Source: an uncultured Gammaproteobacteria bacterium
Lineage (GTDB): Bacteria > Pseudomonadota > Gammaproteobacteria > CAWCPV01
DNA length: 64,000 nucleotides
Assembly (NCBI GenBank): GCA_963797555.1
Contig: CAWCPV010000008.1
Span: forward strand, 32,001-96,000
Reading direction: 5' to 3'
A model generated the notes under the pieces. The model was not told the DNA's origin. It made no database searches and worked only from the letters and a program-made list of their open reading frames with translations. Below are positions 51,563-62,287 of the stretch, piece after piece (position 1 is the stretch's first letter; each line of letters opens with the position of its first letter). The position numbers were made by a program, and so were the translations under genes.

Positions 51563-52321
51563 TCATTCGCGTAGCGCCTCGACAATCGCCTCATCGCTCG
51601 CCTCCCGCGTCACGACGGCCGGCCGCTTGAAGCCCAGGTCCTGCGCGAGAGCGGCGGCGCGCTCGCTCACCACGACGAGCCGGGTGTTTCGCAGCCATTG
51701 CTGGCCGAGTTTTCCCACCATGTCGAACAGATTGCGCAGGCCCTCGTTGCTGGTCACGACGACGGACTGGATCTCGCCCCGCGCCCAGTGGCGCAGCAGC
51801 TCGCCCACGTCGGCCTTCGGCTGCACGCGCCGGTAGACTTCGGCGTACTCGACGACGGCGCCGCGCTCCGCGAGGGTATCGGCGAGGAGCTCCCGGCCCC
51901 CCTCGCCGCGGAAGATGACGATATGTTTGCCGGCCACTTCCTGCATGGCGGGCAGCTCCAGCAGGGCCTCGCTGTTGAAGCGGCCCGCGGGACAGAGATC
52001 GGCCTCGAGTCCCATGCGTTCCAGCTCGCGGGCGGAGCCTTTGCCGACGGTGGCGAGCTTCAGGTGCGGCGGCAGGCGGCGGCGCGCCAGGATGCCGTTC
52101 AGCGCCCTGGCTACGGCGTTCGGGCTGATGAAGACGGCGATGTCGAAGTCGTCGAGGCGGTCGACGAGGGCGTGGAAGGGCGACAAATCCTCCGGGTCGA
52201 CGATCTCCAGGACCGCGAAGCAGATGGGCCGCCCGCCTTCTGCGCGGATAAGGGCGCAGAGGTGCTCCGCCTGGTGGGCGGGGCGGGTGACCAGCACCCC
52301 GACCTTATCCAGAGCCCCCAT
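51563..52321 (-). CDS. hemD: Uroporphyrinogen-III synthase
   Basis: VLVTRP, FISPNAV, SEALL, RGEGGRE, VYRR. Confidence 0.94.
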   Translation of the reverse strand: MGALDKVGVLVTRPAHQAEHLCALIRAEGGRPICFAVLEIVDPEDLSPFHALVDRLDDFDIAVFISPNAVARALNGILARRRLPPHLKLATVGKGSARELERMGLEADLCPAGRFNSEALLELPAMQEVAGKHIVIFRGEGGRELLADTLAERGAVVEYAEVYRRVQPKADVGELLRHWARGEIQSVVVTSNEGLRNLFDMVGKLGQQWLRNTRLVVVSERAAALAQDLGFKRPAVVTREASDEAIVEALRE

Positions 52322-53246
52322 GCGCTTCGTAGAGGGCCTGCAGGATCTCCCCGGCGCCCATAGCGAGCAGCTCCTCGGCCACATGCGCTCCCAACGCTGC
52401 GGCCTGCTCCGGACTTTCCCCCGCCTGCGCGCAGAGAACCCGCCGGCCATCGGGGGAGCCCACCATGGCGCGCAGCCGCAGCCGGCCTTCGATCACCTCG
52501 GCGTAGGCCGCCACGGGGACCTGGCAGCCACCGTGCAGCCGCGTATTGAGCGCACGCTCGGCGGCCACGCAGGTATGGGTGAGGGGGTCGTCCAACGGGG
52601 CGATCAGTGCCTGGGTGGACGCGTCGTCGGCTCGGCACTCGATTCCGATGGCGCCCTGGCCGATGGCCGGGATGCTGACCTCGGTGCTGAGAAAGTCGGT
52701 GATTCGCTGCTCCAGCCCCAACCGCTTCAGGCCCGCGCAGGCCAGGATGAGGGCGTCGAACTCCCCGGCGTCGAGCTTGGCGAGCCGCGTGTTCACGTTG
52801 CCTCGCAGGGTCGAGATTAGCAATGCGGGGAAGCGGGCCCGGATCTGGCACTCGCGCCGCAGGCTGGAGGTCCCGATGCGCGCTCCCGCCGGGAGGGCGT
52901 CCAGGCTGGGGTAACGGTTGGAGACGAAAGCGTCGCGCGGGTCCGCACGCGTCAGGATGACGGGGAGCGCCAAGCCCTCCGGCAGCTCCACCGGCACGTC
53001 CTTCATGGAGTGGACCGCGATGTCCGCGCGGCCCTCGAGCATGCCCTGCTCCAGCTCCTTGACGAACAGCCCTTTCCCGCCCACTTTGGCCAGTGGGGCG
53101 TCGAGCAGCTTGTCGCCCTGGGTCGTCATGACGACCAGCTCGACTTCGAGGCCGGGGTGCAGGTCGATGAGCCGAGCGCGCACATGCTCGGCCTGCCACA
53201 GGGCGAGCGGACTCTTGCGGGTGGCAATGCGCACGAGACTGGACAC
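52305..53246 (-). CDS. hemC: Hydroxymethylbilane synthase
   Basis: [38 protein letters not shown]. Confidence 0.97.
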   Translation of the reverse strand: MSSLVRIATRKSPLALWQAEHVRARLIDLHPGLEVELVVMTTQGDKLLDAPLAKVGGKGLFVKELEQGMLEGRADIAVHSMKDVPVELPEGLALPVILTRADPRDAFVSNRYPSLDALPAGARIGTSSLRRECQIRARFPALLISTLRGNVNTRLAKLDAGEFDALILACAGLKRLGLEQRITDFLSTEVSIPAIGQGAIGIECRADDASTQALIAPLDDPLTHTCVAAERALNTRLHGGCQVPVAAYAEVIEGRLRLRAMVGSPDGRRVLCAQAGESPEQAAALGAHVAEELLAMGAGEILQALYEAHGGSG

Positions 53247-53394
53247 GAAGCCTATGCTATAGGGCACACGTTCGCTAGGCAAACGTTGGGGCGGCGAATG
53301 CCGCACATGACCGGTTACCGGGAGTTTCCATGATCCGGAGTTTTGTCGGACAATGCCGGTCTCGTCCCGAGGCACCATTCGAGGGGGAACGGCC

Positions 53395-53889
53395 GTGTTG
53401 TCTCGCTGCGTGCTGGGATTGTGCGCACTGGCGATGTCCGCCTTGCCTGGCCCGGGGGAGGCGGCAGGAAGCGGCGAGGTATATGTGCCGCTCGCCCAGG
53501 ACCTCTCCACCGACGGCCGGGTCGCGGGGGAGCGCGGCCTGCCCATCCTGCTGCTCATGGCGGCGGAGTACTGCACGTACTGCAAGTACGTCGAGCAGAA
53601 CTTCCTGAAGCCCATGATCAGCAGCGGGGACCACAAGGACAAGGTGCTCATTCGGGTCTTCTACATCGATGGCCACCAGCCCATCCGGGATTTCGACGGC
53701 AGCTCCGTGACACCCGAAGCGCTCGCCGCACGGTATCGGGTCCAGCTCACGCCCACCGTGCTGTTTCTAGGGCCGGGCGGCCAGGAGTTGGCGGAGCGTC
53801 TGGTCGGGATAAGCAGCAAAGACTTCTACGGCGTTTACCTCGAACAGGGCATCGACGGTGCGCTCGCAAAGCTGCGCGGCGTCAGCTAG
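53395..53889 (+). CDS. SoxW-like exported thioredoxin
   Basis: Signal-like N-terminus, CTYC, TPT; start uncertain. Confidence 0.8.
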   Translation: MLSRCVLGLCALAMSALPGPGEAAGSGEVYVPLAQDLSTDGRVAGERGLPILLLMAAEYCTYCKYVEQNFLKPMISSGDHKDKVLIRVFYIDGHQPIRDFDGSSVTPEALAARYRVQLTPTVLFLGPGGQELAERLVGISSKDFYGVYLEQGIDGALAKLRGVS

Positions 53890-54632
53890 GCGAGCGTCTT
53901 GCCCAGTGCCCTCAGGCGCTTGCGCACCGTTGGCAGATGCCGCCGGCTGACCGGGACGCCTTCTTCGATCTCCGACACATGGACCTCGTATCCTTCCGCC
54001 CCCTTGCTGAGTGCGCGTACATGCGGCAAGGACACCAGCGCGTTGCGGTGGATGCGCAGGAAGCTCTCCGCGAACTCGCGCTCGATGCCCTTGAGGGGTT
54101 CGTCCAGCAACAGCTCGCCCCCGGGGTAACGCGCCGTCACGTACTTGCAGTCGGCCCGGAAGTAGCGGATCTCGCTTACCGGCACCACCTGGACGCCGCC
54201 ATGCCGGTAGGCGCTGATGTGGGTGCGCAGGCCCGATTGTCGGAGCGCAGCGTTGAGCGAGGACAGGTCGGGTAGGCCGAGGCGCCGCGCCCGCGCGAGG
54301 GCCCGCTCCAGCCGCACTTGCTGCACCGGCTTCAGGAGATAGTCCACCGCCTGGGCGTTGAATGCCTCCAGCGCGTAGTCGCTGTATGCCGTGGTAAAGA
54401 TGACCGCGGGCGGCGTCGGGGACGCCGCGAGGTGCCGCGCCGCCTCGAGCCCATCCATGCCGGGCATGCGGATGTCCAGCAGCACCACGGCGGCCTTGAG
54501 GTCGTGGGCCTGCAGCAGCGCATCGCGCCCGTTGTCGGCTTCGCCTACCACCTGCACGTCGGGGACCGCCTGCAGGATCTGGCGCAGGCGCTGCCGGGCC
54601 CACGGCTCGTCATCCACGATCAACAGGCGCAT
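53886..54632 (-). CDS. algR: LytTR response regulator
   Basis: DDEP, DIRMP, KYVT, RIHRNALV, VSRRH; argH-algZ-algR-hemC synteny. Confidence 0.88.
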   Translation of the reverse strand: MRLLIVDDEPWARQRLRQILQAVPDVQVVGEADNGRDALLQAHDLKAAVVLLDIRMPGMDGLEAARHLAASPTPPAVIFTTAYSDYALEAFNAQAVDYLLKPVQQVRLERALARARRLGLPDLSSLNAALRQSGLRTHISAYRHGGVQVVPVSEIRYFRADCKYVTARYPGGELLLDEPLKGIEREFAESFLRIHRNALVSLPHVRALSKGAEGYEVHVSEIEEGVPVSRRHLPTVRKRLRALGKTLA

Positions 54633-55728
54633 CGGTCACGTAGGGAAACCACAAGTGCACCCGGTACTCCTTATCGCCGGGCTCCACGGCCAGGCCGCCG
54701 CGGCCCTCGAAGTGGGCGGCCAGACGCTGGTCGACGTTGTCCTGCGCCATGCGAAAGCCCCGGCGCGGTGCGGAGGGCTGTTGCACGGGCAGGGGGTTGC
54801 GGATGTCGAAGTGGATGAGTCCCCGCTCCAGGCGCCCGGCGACGTCCAGCAGGCCGCCGCCCGGCAGAGGCTCAATGCCATGGTAGACGGCGTTTTCCAC
54901 GAGAGGCTGGATGACCAGCCAGGGTACGAGCGCATCCGCAGGGACCTGGTCGACTCGCCACGCCACTTTGAGGCGCGGTCCGAGGCGTAGCTCCTCCAGA
55001 TGGAGGTAGCGCCGAGCGACCGCCAGCTCCTCCTCCAGGGGGATCAGCCGGTTCTCCGCCAGGCTGGCCCGGAACACCTCGGCGAGGTCGTCCACTGCGC
55101 GCTCGGCCAACTCCGGCCGCGTGGGGATGAGACCTGCGATGGTGTTCAGGCTGTTGAACAGGAAGTGAGGGCGGATGCGTGCGTGCAGCGCCTGGATGCG
55201 GGCGCCGGCTTCCGCCTGGACCTGGTGCCGCCATTGGTGTTGGACGTAGAAATAACGCATCGCTACGCCGCCGATGATGGCACTGATCACCAGGTTGCGC
55301 AGGGCGAATTCATGCCGGGGGCCGGCCGGGACGTGCAGTTGCAGACCGGCATACTGGTCCACCCAGCAGGCCGCTTCGCTGATGACCAGCGTCAGGCCGA
55401 GGAGCACCAGGAGGCTCAAGATGGCTGCCCAGGCATCGCCGACCCCGCCCAGGTGCGGTCTCAACAGGCACAGAACGCCGATGGTGGAGAGCGCGATCCA
55501 CTGGATGAAGAGGGACGCGAGGGCGAGCTGCTCCCACCCCGCAGCGCCGGACGCCCGCGGGGCGAGCGTCAGGACGATGGCCAGCAGCTCACCCGTCACC
55601 ACCACCGAGAGCACGCGGGGTGCGGTGCACAGGTCCGGCAGGAAGGGCTCTTCGCCGGCGTTGGCCTGGGGGCCTCGGTACGGCACAGGCGTATCACCCT
55701 GACGGCTGAGGATCCGGGCGCGTGTCAT
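54610..55728 (-). CDS. algZ: AlgZ/FimS-type sensor kinase
   Basis: [30 protein letters not shown]. Confidence 0.85.
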   Translation of the reverse strand: MTRARILSRQGDTPVPYRGPQANAGEEPFLPDLCTAPRVLSVVVTGELLAIVLTLAPRASGAAGWEQLALASLFIQWIALSTIGVLCLLRPHLGGVGDAWAAILSLLVLLGLTLVISEAACWVDQYAGLQLHVPAGPRHEFALRNLVISAIIGGVAMRYFYVQHQWRHQVQAEAGARIQALHARIRPHFLFNSLNTIAGLIPTRPELAERAVDDLAEVFRASLAENRLIPLEEELAVARRYLHLEELRLGPRLKVAWRVDQVPADALVPWLVIQPLVENAVYHGIEPLPGGGLLDVAGRLERGLIHFDIRNPLPVQQPSAPRRGFRMAQDNVDQRLAAHFEGRGGLAVEPGDKEYRVHLWFPYVTDAPVDRG

Positions 55729-55807
55729 GTTGCCTCCCTGGGGCGCGCCGCTTTTATCGAGGGCTGGATGCTCCCTTATACTAGCAGAGCGCGTGCGAGG
55801 TGCTGAG

Positions 55808-57205
55808 ATGAGCGAGCAAGAGCCGGTGAGAAAGCCCTGGGGTGGTCGCTTCGCGGAGACCACCGACGCGTTCGTGGAGCGCTTTACGGCGTCCGTGGCG
55901 TTCGACCGGCGCCTATACCGGCACGACATCACGGGCTCCATCGCCCATGCCCGCATGCTGGCGAAGGTCGGCGTGCTGAGCGCGGCGGAATGCGAAGCGA
56001 TTGTGCGCGGGCTGGAGCGCGTGCGGGCCGGCATCGAGAGTGGTGAATTCGACTGGTCGGTGGCCCTGGAGGACGTCCACATGAACGTGGAGGCGAGACT
56101 CACCGAGGCCATCGGGGAAGCCGGCAAGAAGCTTCACACCGGGCGCTCGCGCAACGACCAGGTGGCGACCGACCTGCGCCTGTATCTGCGGGACGAGATC
56201 GATTTCATCGTCTCGGAGCTGATGCGCGTGCAGTGCGGGCTGCTCGTGCTGGCGGAGCAGGAGGCGGACACCGTCATGCCCGGCTTCACGCACCTGCAGA
56301 TCGCCCAGCCCGTCACTTTCGGCCACCACCTGCTGGCCTGGTTCGAGATGCTGCAGAGGGACCGCGAACGGCTCCGGGAGTGCCGTCGCCGGGTGAACGT
56401 GCTCCCCTTGGGTGCGGCGGCCCTTGCGGGCACGTCTTTCCCCATCGACCGTCACTACACCGCCGAGCTGCTCGGCTTCGAGGGGGTGGCGGAGAACTCC
56501 CTGGACGCCGTGAGCGACCGTGACTTCGCCGTGGAGTTCTGCGCCGCGGCCGCGCTCATCATGGCGCACCTCTCGCGCTTCTCCGAGGAGCTGATCCTGT
56601 GGTCCAGCAGCCAGTTCGATTTCGTGGAGTTGCCCGACCGTTTCTGCACGGGGTCCTCCATCATGCCTCAGAAGAAGAACCCCGACGTGCCGGAGCTGGT
56701 CCGCGGCAAGACCGGACGGGTGAACGGCCACCTGATCGCCCTGCTGACTCTCATGAAGGCGCAGCCCTTGGCCTACAACAAGGACAACCAAGAGGACAAA
56801 GAGCCGGTATTCGATGCCGTGGACACCGTGAAGGGCGCCCTGCGAGCCTACGCGGACATGATCCCGGCGCTCGAGGTGAAGCGCGAGAATATGCTGAGGG
56901 CTGCGCGGGGGGGATTCTCCACGGCCACGGATCTCGCCGACTATTTGGTGCGCAAGGGCCTCGCGTTCCGCGATGCCCACGAGGTCGTGGGGAAGGCCGT
57001 GCGTTACTGCGTCGAGTCCGGGAAAGGCGAACTGGCGGAGCTGACGCTCGATGAACTGCGTGAATTCGCTGCGGTCATCGGGCAGGATGTCTTCCAGGTG
57101 ATCACGGTGCAGGGTTCCATCGCCGCCCGCGACCACTTTGGCGGAACCGCGCCGGCCCAGGTGCGCGCGGCCGTCGAGCGCGCCCGGCAGAGGCTCGCGG
57201 GATGA
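55808..57205 (+). CDS. argH: Argininosuccinate lyase
   Basis: [26 protein letters not shown]. Confidence 0.97.
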   Translation: MSEQEPVRKPWGGRFAETTDAFVERFTASVAFDRRLYRHDITGSIAHARMLAKVGVLSAAECEAIVRGLERVRAGIESGEFDWSVALEDVHMNVEARLTEAIGEAGKKLHTGRSRNDQVATDLRLYLRDEIDFIVSELMRVQCGLLVLAEQEADTVMPGFTHLQIAQPVTFGHHLLAWFEMLQRDRERLRECRRRVNVLPLGAAALAGTSFPIDRHYTAELLGFEGVAENSLDAVSDRDFAVEFCAAAALIMAHLSRFSEELILWSSSQFDFVELPDRFCTGSSIMPQKKNPDVPELVRGKTGRVNGHLIALLTLMKAQPLAYNKDNQEDKEPVFDAVDTVKGALRAYADMIPALEVKRENMLRAARGGFSTATDLADYLVRKGLAFRDAHEVVGKAVRYCVESGKGELAELTLDELREFAAVIGQDVFQVITVQGSIAARDHFGGTAPAQVRAAVERARQRLAG

Positions 57206-57585
57206 CGCCCGCGGACAGCCTGGAGGCCCTTCGCCAGCGCCTGGCCGGGTTCGCGGCCGAGCGCGACTGGGACCAGTTCCACTCGCCCAAGAACCTGTCC
57301 ATGGCCCTCATCGCCGAGGCCGCGGAGCTGGTCGAGCACTTCCAGTGGCTCACCGAGGCCCAGAGCCAGGCGTTGCCGCCCGACAAGCTGGAAGAGGTGG
57401 CCCACGAGCTGGCCGACATTCTCATCTACCTGGTGCGCATGGCCGACAAGCTCGACGTGGACCTGGTCCAGGCGGTCTACGCCAAGATCCGCATCAACGA
57501 GCAGCGCTATCCGGCCGAGCGGGTGAGGGGCGACGCGCGCCGGGCATCGGAGTATGACCAGACGGCGGAGGATGGCGAAGGCTGA
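57202..57585 (+). CDS. MazG-like nucleotide pyrophosphohydrolase
   Basis: [21 protein letters not shown]. Confidence 0.92.
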   Translation: MTPADSLEALRQRLAGFAAERDWDQFHSPKNLSMALIAEAAELVEHFQWLTEAQSQALPPDKLEEVAHELADILIYLVRMADKLDVDLVQAVYAKIRINEQRYPAERVRGDARRASEYDQTAEDGEG

Positions 57586-59215
57586 GAGCCTGTGAATTTA
57601 TCGAATCTCGGCGGTTCGGGTGAGGAAAAAATCGCCGCTCATAGGGAAGATGCCGAAGAATATTAGCAGAGCGTGATATAGCTCTCGTTGGGTATAGGCA
57701 AACTGGACTGGGGTCACGCCCGAGCGATGCGAGGGGTCCTTCGAGGCGCCCGCCAGGCGGCGTCAAACCCTTTGTCTTAAGGGCTAGGCGGTGCGGTATT
57801 GGGGTTGGCTGGCTTTCCGCAGGCGCAGGAAGGCTGCGCGTATTAGGTTGTGGGCAAGCGCGTACCACAGCAACACGCTTTTCACCTTCTGCAGCCCACG
57901 CACGGTGAATTGGCGCAGTCCCCGGTTTCTCGCGATGGCATTGACGCATTCGGCGGTAGAGGCCCGCTGCTTGTAGATCTCTTTGGCCTGTTCGGTGCCC
58001 ATGCGTTCTCGCCACGCGGCCACCGCTGGACTATCCTCGGGCAGCGGGGCATGGGGGTCGCGGTTGGGGTCTTTGGGCTTTTGTACCGGGGCGTAGACCG
58101 TGGTGCCGGCGGCGGTGGCCGCTTCGATGGCCTGCTTGTTGGCAAAGCCCCCATCGACCAGGGTCTCCTCAGGCAGCGCTTGATAACGCTCGACAAGCTG
58201 CTCCAGCATCGGCACCAGTTCGCCCTGGTCGCTGCCTTCATTGCCGAGGTCGACCCCCACCACAATCTGGGTTCCGGTGTCGGCGCAAAACTGGCCGTTG
58301 AAGGCGGGTCGAAACCCGCCATCGGCCATCTTCATCACCCGCGCCTCGGGGTCGGTGGTGGAGACCCGCGCCTTGGCCTTCTCCGCGGCCTTCTTCTTGG
58401 CCTCGACCTGAGGCAGATGCTCCAGGGCCTGGCGCACCCGCTGCTCGCGCTCGTGAGCGGCCCGCAGCCGGGCGGCCCGCTCACGCTGGGCGCTCGCTGC
58501 CGGGGCGTCTTGCAGCTCTTGGCGCAACGTCTCGACCTGCGCACGAGCCTCTTCGAGACAGCTCTCCAGGCTTGGTTGGCGACGGAACGAGGCCGCCCCG
58601 GCCGAGGCGCGGATGCGCACGCCATCTTGCGCCACCCGCTTCATGCTGACCAGCCCCTCCGACAGGAGGGTGGCCACCCCCACGGTGAGCTGATGGTCGA
58701 GAAACGCCCCATGGGCCACCCGAAAGTCCGCCAAGGTGTGGTAGTTGACCGATACACCACCGCACAGCCAGCGGTAGGCATCATGCTGCTGGCACAGCCG
58801 CTCCAGCATCCGCGCACTGCCTACCCCCTCCAAGGTGGCATACAGCCACAGCGCTATCAGGATGGCCGGGTCAATCGGCGGGCGTCCCGCCCCGCCCTCC
58901 ACGGCCCGGATCCCCTGGTACAGGGGCGAGAGATCGATCCCCTCCACGAAGGCCCAGACCGTGCGCACCGGATGGTCCTCGGCTACCAGCGCCTCCAGAT
59001 CACAGGCCCGCAGCTCGACTTGGGCACGGTTGGGCCGCTGGTAACGCGGCGGCGCACCCTGCACCACCCGCCCCTTGCACGCTTCTCCGCTCGGGAGCGG
59101 TGCCTGCTCTTCGTCAAAGAGTGGGATGTCCACTTCGCTCTGCCCCCTGGGTGGACAAATAAATGGCGAAACTTTACACCATCACGAGGGCTTCGGGGAT
59201 TTTTTCACAGGCTCT
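57585..59215 (-). mobile_element. IS1182-family insertion sequence
   Basis: IR AGAGCCTGTGAA / TTCACAGGCTCT; CTGAG present at both junctions. Confidence 0.88.
57784..59133 (-). CDS. IS1182-family transposase
   Basis: GRPPIDP, YHTLADFR, QDG, STTDPEAR, LVDGGF, YKQRAST.E. Confidence 0.9.
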   Translation of the reverse strand: MDIPLFDEEQAPLPSGEACKGRVVQGAPPRYQRPNRAQVELRACDLEALVAEDHPVRTVWAFVEGIDLSPLYQGIRAVEGGAGRPPIDPAILIALWLYATLEGVGSARMLERLCQQHDAYRWLCGGVSVNYHTLADFRVAHGAFLDHQLTVGVATLLSEGLVSMKRVAQDGVRIRASAGAASFRRQPSLESCLEEARAQVETLRQELQDAPAASAQRERAARLRAAHEREQRVRQALEHLPQVEAKKKAAEKAKARVSTTDPEARVMKMADGGFRPAFNGQFCADTGTQIVVGVDLGNEGSDQGELVPMLEQLVERYQALPEETLVDGGFANKQAIEAATAAGTTVYAPVQKPKDPNRDPHAPLPEDSPAVAAWRERMGTEQAKEIYKQRASTAECVNAIARNRGLRQFTVRGLQKVKSVLLWYALAHNLIRAAFLRLRKASQPQYRTA

Positions 59216-59408
59216 GAGAGGATGTGGAAAAGAACAATCTGGGAGCGGTGCGACTCCCTGTGGGATGAGAAAGGCTGGGATCGCGTACACTACGCTCGGG
59301 CTGGAGGGGAGTGGCCGTTGGCTTTCTTGGTGGTACGACTCCGAGAAAAGACATGGTCCAGGGACTGCTGCGGACTTAGAGTGATGACGCCTCCCTGCCA
59401 GGCGGGAG

Positions 59409-60962
59409 TTGCTACGGGCGCAGACTCACCGAGAGCTTAACAAGGCCCGGCACGCGCCGGAAGCCCGGAGCAACTGGGCGAAGGTCTTGGAAAGCCTGTT
59501 CGCGGGCTCACTCGCCGTGCGCTTCCAACTACGGCTCGTGGAGGTCCATATCGGCGTCGACCTGTCGTCCCTCGCACCGGAACGCACTGTCCAGGCCGCC
59601 GATGGCGACGAACTGGTCCCGATCACCATGACCCAGCTCAACGAGCAGAACATCGAGGCCCTGCGGCCGGCAAACAGCCCCCATAAGCCGGAAATCCCGA
59701 GTCTCGCTTCGCCCGCGTCGGAGGCCGCAGGTGGGTCGCTGCCGCCTGCGGGATTGGGCACCGGGGCCGTCCAGCCCGAGCCCACACCAGCCAAGGAACG
59801 CGTTGCCTCGGAGACGGCCAGTCCTGTCCAAGCGCCACCCGTGGAAACGGTCACGCTCCCGCGGACAAGAGTCTACCTCGGAGATGCCACCGGCGCTTAC
59901 GGCCGTGCACGGGAAATATGGCTAGAACCGGAGCTTCCGGATCGGCCCCTGCCTAATCCGCACATCTGCGTGACAGGCGAGACTGGGAGCGGCAAGACAC
60001 AGGCGGCCAAGGCCATCCTCCACGAACTGCTCGGTGCCGGTCTCCCAGCCCTGGTGCTGGATTTCAAGGACGATTACTCGGACCGGGAGTATGTCGAGGC
60101 CGAGGGGTTTGCCCTGTACGACGCCGCCTATGGCGGGATGCCCTTCAACCCCATGACGCCGCCCACGGACCCCAGGACCGGGCGCTGCTCACCTATCACC
60201 CACATTCACCAACTCGGCGGTATCCTCAAACGGGTCTACCGGCTGGGAGACCAGCAGGCATTCCACCTTCGGGAGGGCATGAAGGCGGTCTACGCGGCGG
60301 AAGGTATCGACCTCCAGGCCCTGTCCCCGGGCGAAAGACATGCCTTCCCACCGTTCGAGCGGGTGCGCGATATCCTAATTCAGGAAGGCCAAGATGCCCT
60401 CCTAGGGCGGTTGTCACCCATCTTCGACCTGCGACTCTTCGCAAGCGTCGAGGACGAGACCGCGCTTCACAGGCTGCTCGACTCGGCGGCGGTGATCCGG
60501 GTCAGCCAGTTGCCGGGGGACGAGATCAAGAATGCGGTGGCCGAGTTCCTGCTGATGGCGCTATACAACCACATAATTCGCCAGTCTCAGCCGCGCGCCC
60601 TTCGCCGTCTGCTGGTCCTGGACGAGGCCTGGCGGCTGGTGCAGTCGCCTTACCTGGAGCCCCTGATGCGGGAGGGAAGGGCGTTCGGTCTCGGAGTGAT
60701 AGTGGCGACCCAGTTTCCCAAAGACCTGCCTGAGGTCGTCGCGGGCTCCGCCGCCACCAAGCTGTTCTTCAGCCAGACGCAGTCCGACCAGATCCGTGAC
60801 GTACAGCGTAGCCTGACGGGGAAGACAAGTGGGCCCGAGGCCGAGCAGGTGGCGGCGGTCGTGCGTAGCCTGCCGCCGCTCACATGCCTTTTGCAGAATG
60901 CCCACTACAGTCCGTACGCGCGAGTGGCTGTGCGGGCGTACTATGAACGTGTGCAGCAGTGA
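59409..60962 (+). CDS. HerA/FtsK-like ATPase (DndH/DptH-like C-terminal region), 5' end uncertain or truncated
   Basis: PHICVTGETGSGKT, LDFKDDY, LVLDEAW, REGRAFG, ATQ. Confidence 0.8.
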   Translation: MLRAQTHRELNKARHAPEARSNWAKVLESLFAGSLAVRFQLRLVEVHIGVDLSSLAPERTVQAADGDELVPITMTQLNEQNIEALRPANSPHKPEIPSLASPASEAAGGSLPPAGLGTGAVQPEPTPAKERVASETASPVQAPPVETVTLPRTRVYLGDATGAYGRAREIWLEPELPDRPLPNPHICVTGETGSGKTQAAKAILHELLGAGLPALVLDFKDDYSDREYVEAEGFALYDAAYGGMPFNPMTPPTDPRTGRCSPITHIHQLGGILKRVYRLGDQQAFHLREGMKAVYAAEGIDLQALSPGERHAFPPFERVRDILIQEGQDALLGRLSPIFDLRLFASVEDETALHRLLDSAAVIRVSQLPGDEIKNAVAEFLLMALYNHIIRQSQPRALRRLLVLDEAWRLVQSPYLEPLMREGRAFGLGVIVATQFPKDLPEVVAGSAATKLFFSQTQSDQIRDVQRSLTGKTSGPEAEQVAAVVRSLPPLTCLLQNAHYSPYARVAVRAYYERVQQ

Positions 60963-61393
60963 GCGCTGCCCGACCCGCATCACGGAAGGCTGGCCCCATC
61001 TTCTCAGTAGTTAGCCCGTAGTTTAGCTTTCAAGAAGGGGGCGCGCGCTGGAGAGGCCGAGGCGAGAAGCCGGAAAGGCGCGATAGACAGGGCTGGCGCG
61101 GCGCGTCAGCCAGTTCGTCGCATTCCGGTACGTCGAGGGCGACTATCCGAGGCATCGCATCCCCGAGCCCAGGACCCTGGTGACCTGGCTCAGGCACTTC
61201 ACCCCCTTCGGCCCGACCGAGGAGTGCATGGCCGTGTTCGAGAGGGGGCTGGCCGCCCGTCTCGGCGGCCTCGGCGAGGAGGGCCGCCGGGACGCCGCGG
61301 ACTATTATTCGCAATGCAGGCGGTGGCTGTGGAGGTCCTGCACGGCGGAGTAAGCTGAGGGCGAAGAACAGGAACCCGAGTAAAGGAGGCACC

Positions 61394-61621
61394 ATGTTGC
61401 AGGCGATTAAACGTCAGGTGATTGTCCAGCCGGGCGGGCGTATCGAGCTGACCGTCACCGAGCTCGAGGCGGGTACATCGGCGGAGGTGGTGATTATCGT
61501 CCCGGCCGCAGAGACACAACCGCGTCGGCTGATCAGCTTTCTGGGCAAGGGGCGAGGGGCCTTCGCCACTCCTGGCGAGGCCGACGCCTTCCTGCGCGCG
61601 GAGCGGGAGGGATGGCAATAG
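61394..61621 (+). CDS. Putative VapB-type antitoxin
   Basis: AAGGAGG RBS; 75 aa ending D.FLR.ER..W; overlaps PIN gene. Confidence 0.8.
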   Translation: MLQAIKRQVIVQPGGRIELTVTELEAGTSAEVVIIVPAAETQPRRLISFLGKGRGAFATPGEADAFLRAEREGWQ

Positions 61622-62054
61622 TACAGACCCTCCCCGGCCCCCGCGTGTACCTGGACACCAACGTGTTCATCTACTTGCTGGAGGGCTATCCGGGCTATGC
61701 CGCGGTCCTGGCCGAGCTTTTCCAGCGTGTCGATGATGGGACCCTGCAGGCGGTGACCAGGAACTCACCCTGGCGGAGGCCCTGATCAAGCCTTTGACGG
61801 ACACCTTGGAGCGGGCCTACTGCGAGCTGATCCAGTCCACCGATGGACTGAGGGTCGAGCCGGTGACCCGTGACATCCTGATCGAAGCGGCCAGATTGCG
61901 GGCGGCACACGGTGGGGCGAGGCTCCCGGACGCGATCCACGCAGCGACGGCGCTCGACGCTCAGTGCCAGAGCTTCGTCACCAACGACTCGGGCCTGAAG
62001 GTCCTGCCCGATCTCAACGTCGTGCTCCTCTCCGAGTTTGCCGTGCTCCGTTGA
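61612..62054 (+). CDS. vapC: VapC PIN toxin, frameshift near 61759
   Basis: YLDTNVFIY, ELTLAE, LPDAIHAATA, FVTND. Confidence 0.85.
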
Positions 62055-62287
62055 CGCATGGAGCATGGCTCAGTGGAAGCTCAACGCATACCCCGACTGC
62101 AACCCGCTCCGGGCTGCAGCGATGCGGAGCCCCATGGATTGGAAAGGACAACTTCGTCCGTCTTGGGACCCTGGACAGGCTCTTCCTAGCCCATACGCGG
62201 CCGAATTCGGGGATGGACCCGAACCGCCCGAATCGCCAAGCCACCCCCGATGCGTATGGCTCTCAGGCACGACGGCCCTTCCAACGC

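Noticed and set aside
60963-61390. Gene or RNA between the ATPase and vapB
   Set aside because: No convincing ORF, structure or similarity recognised
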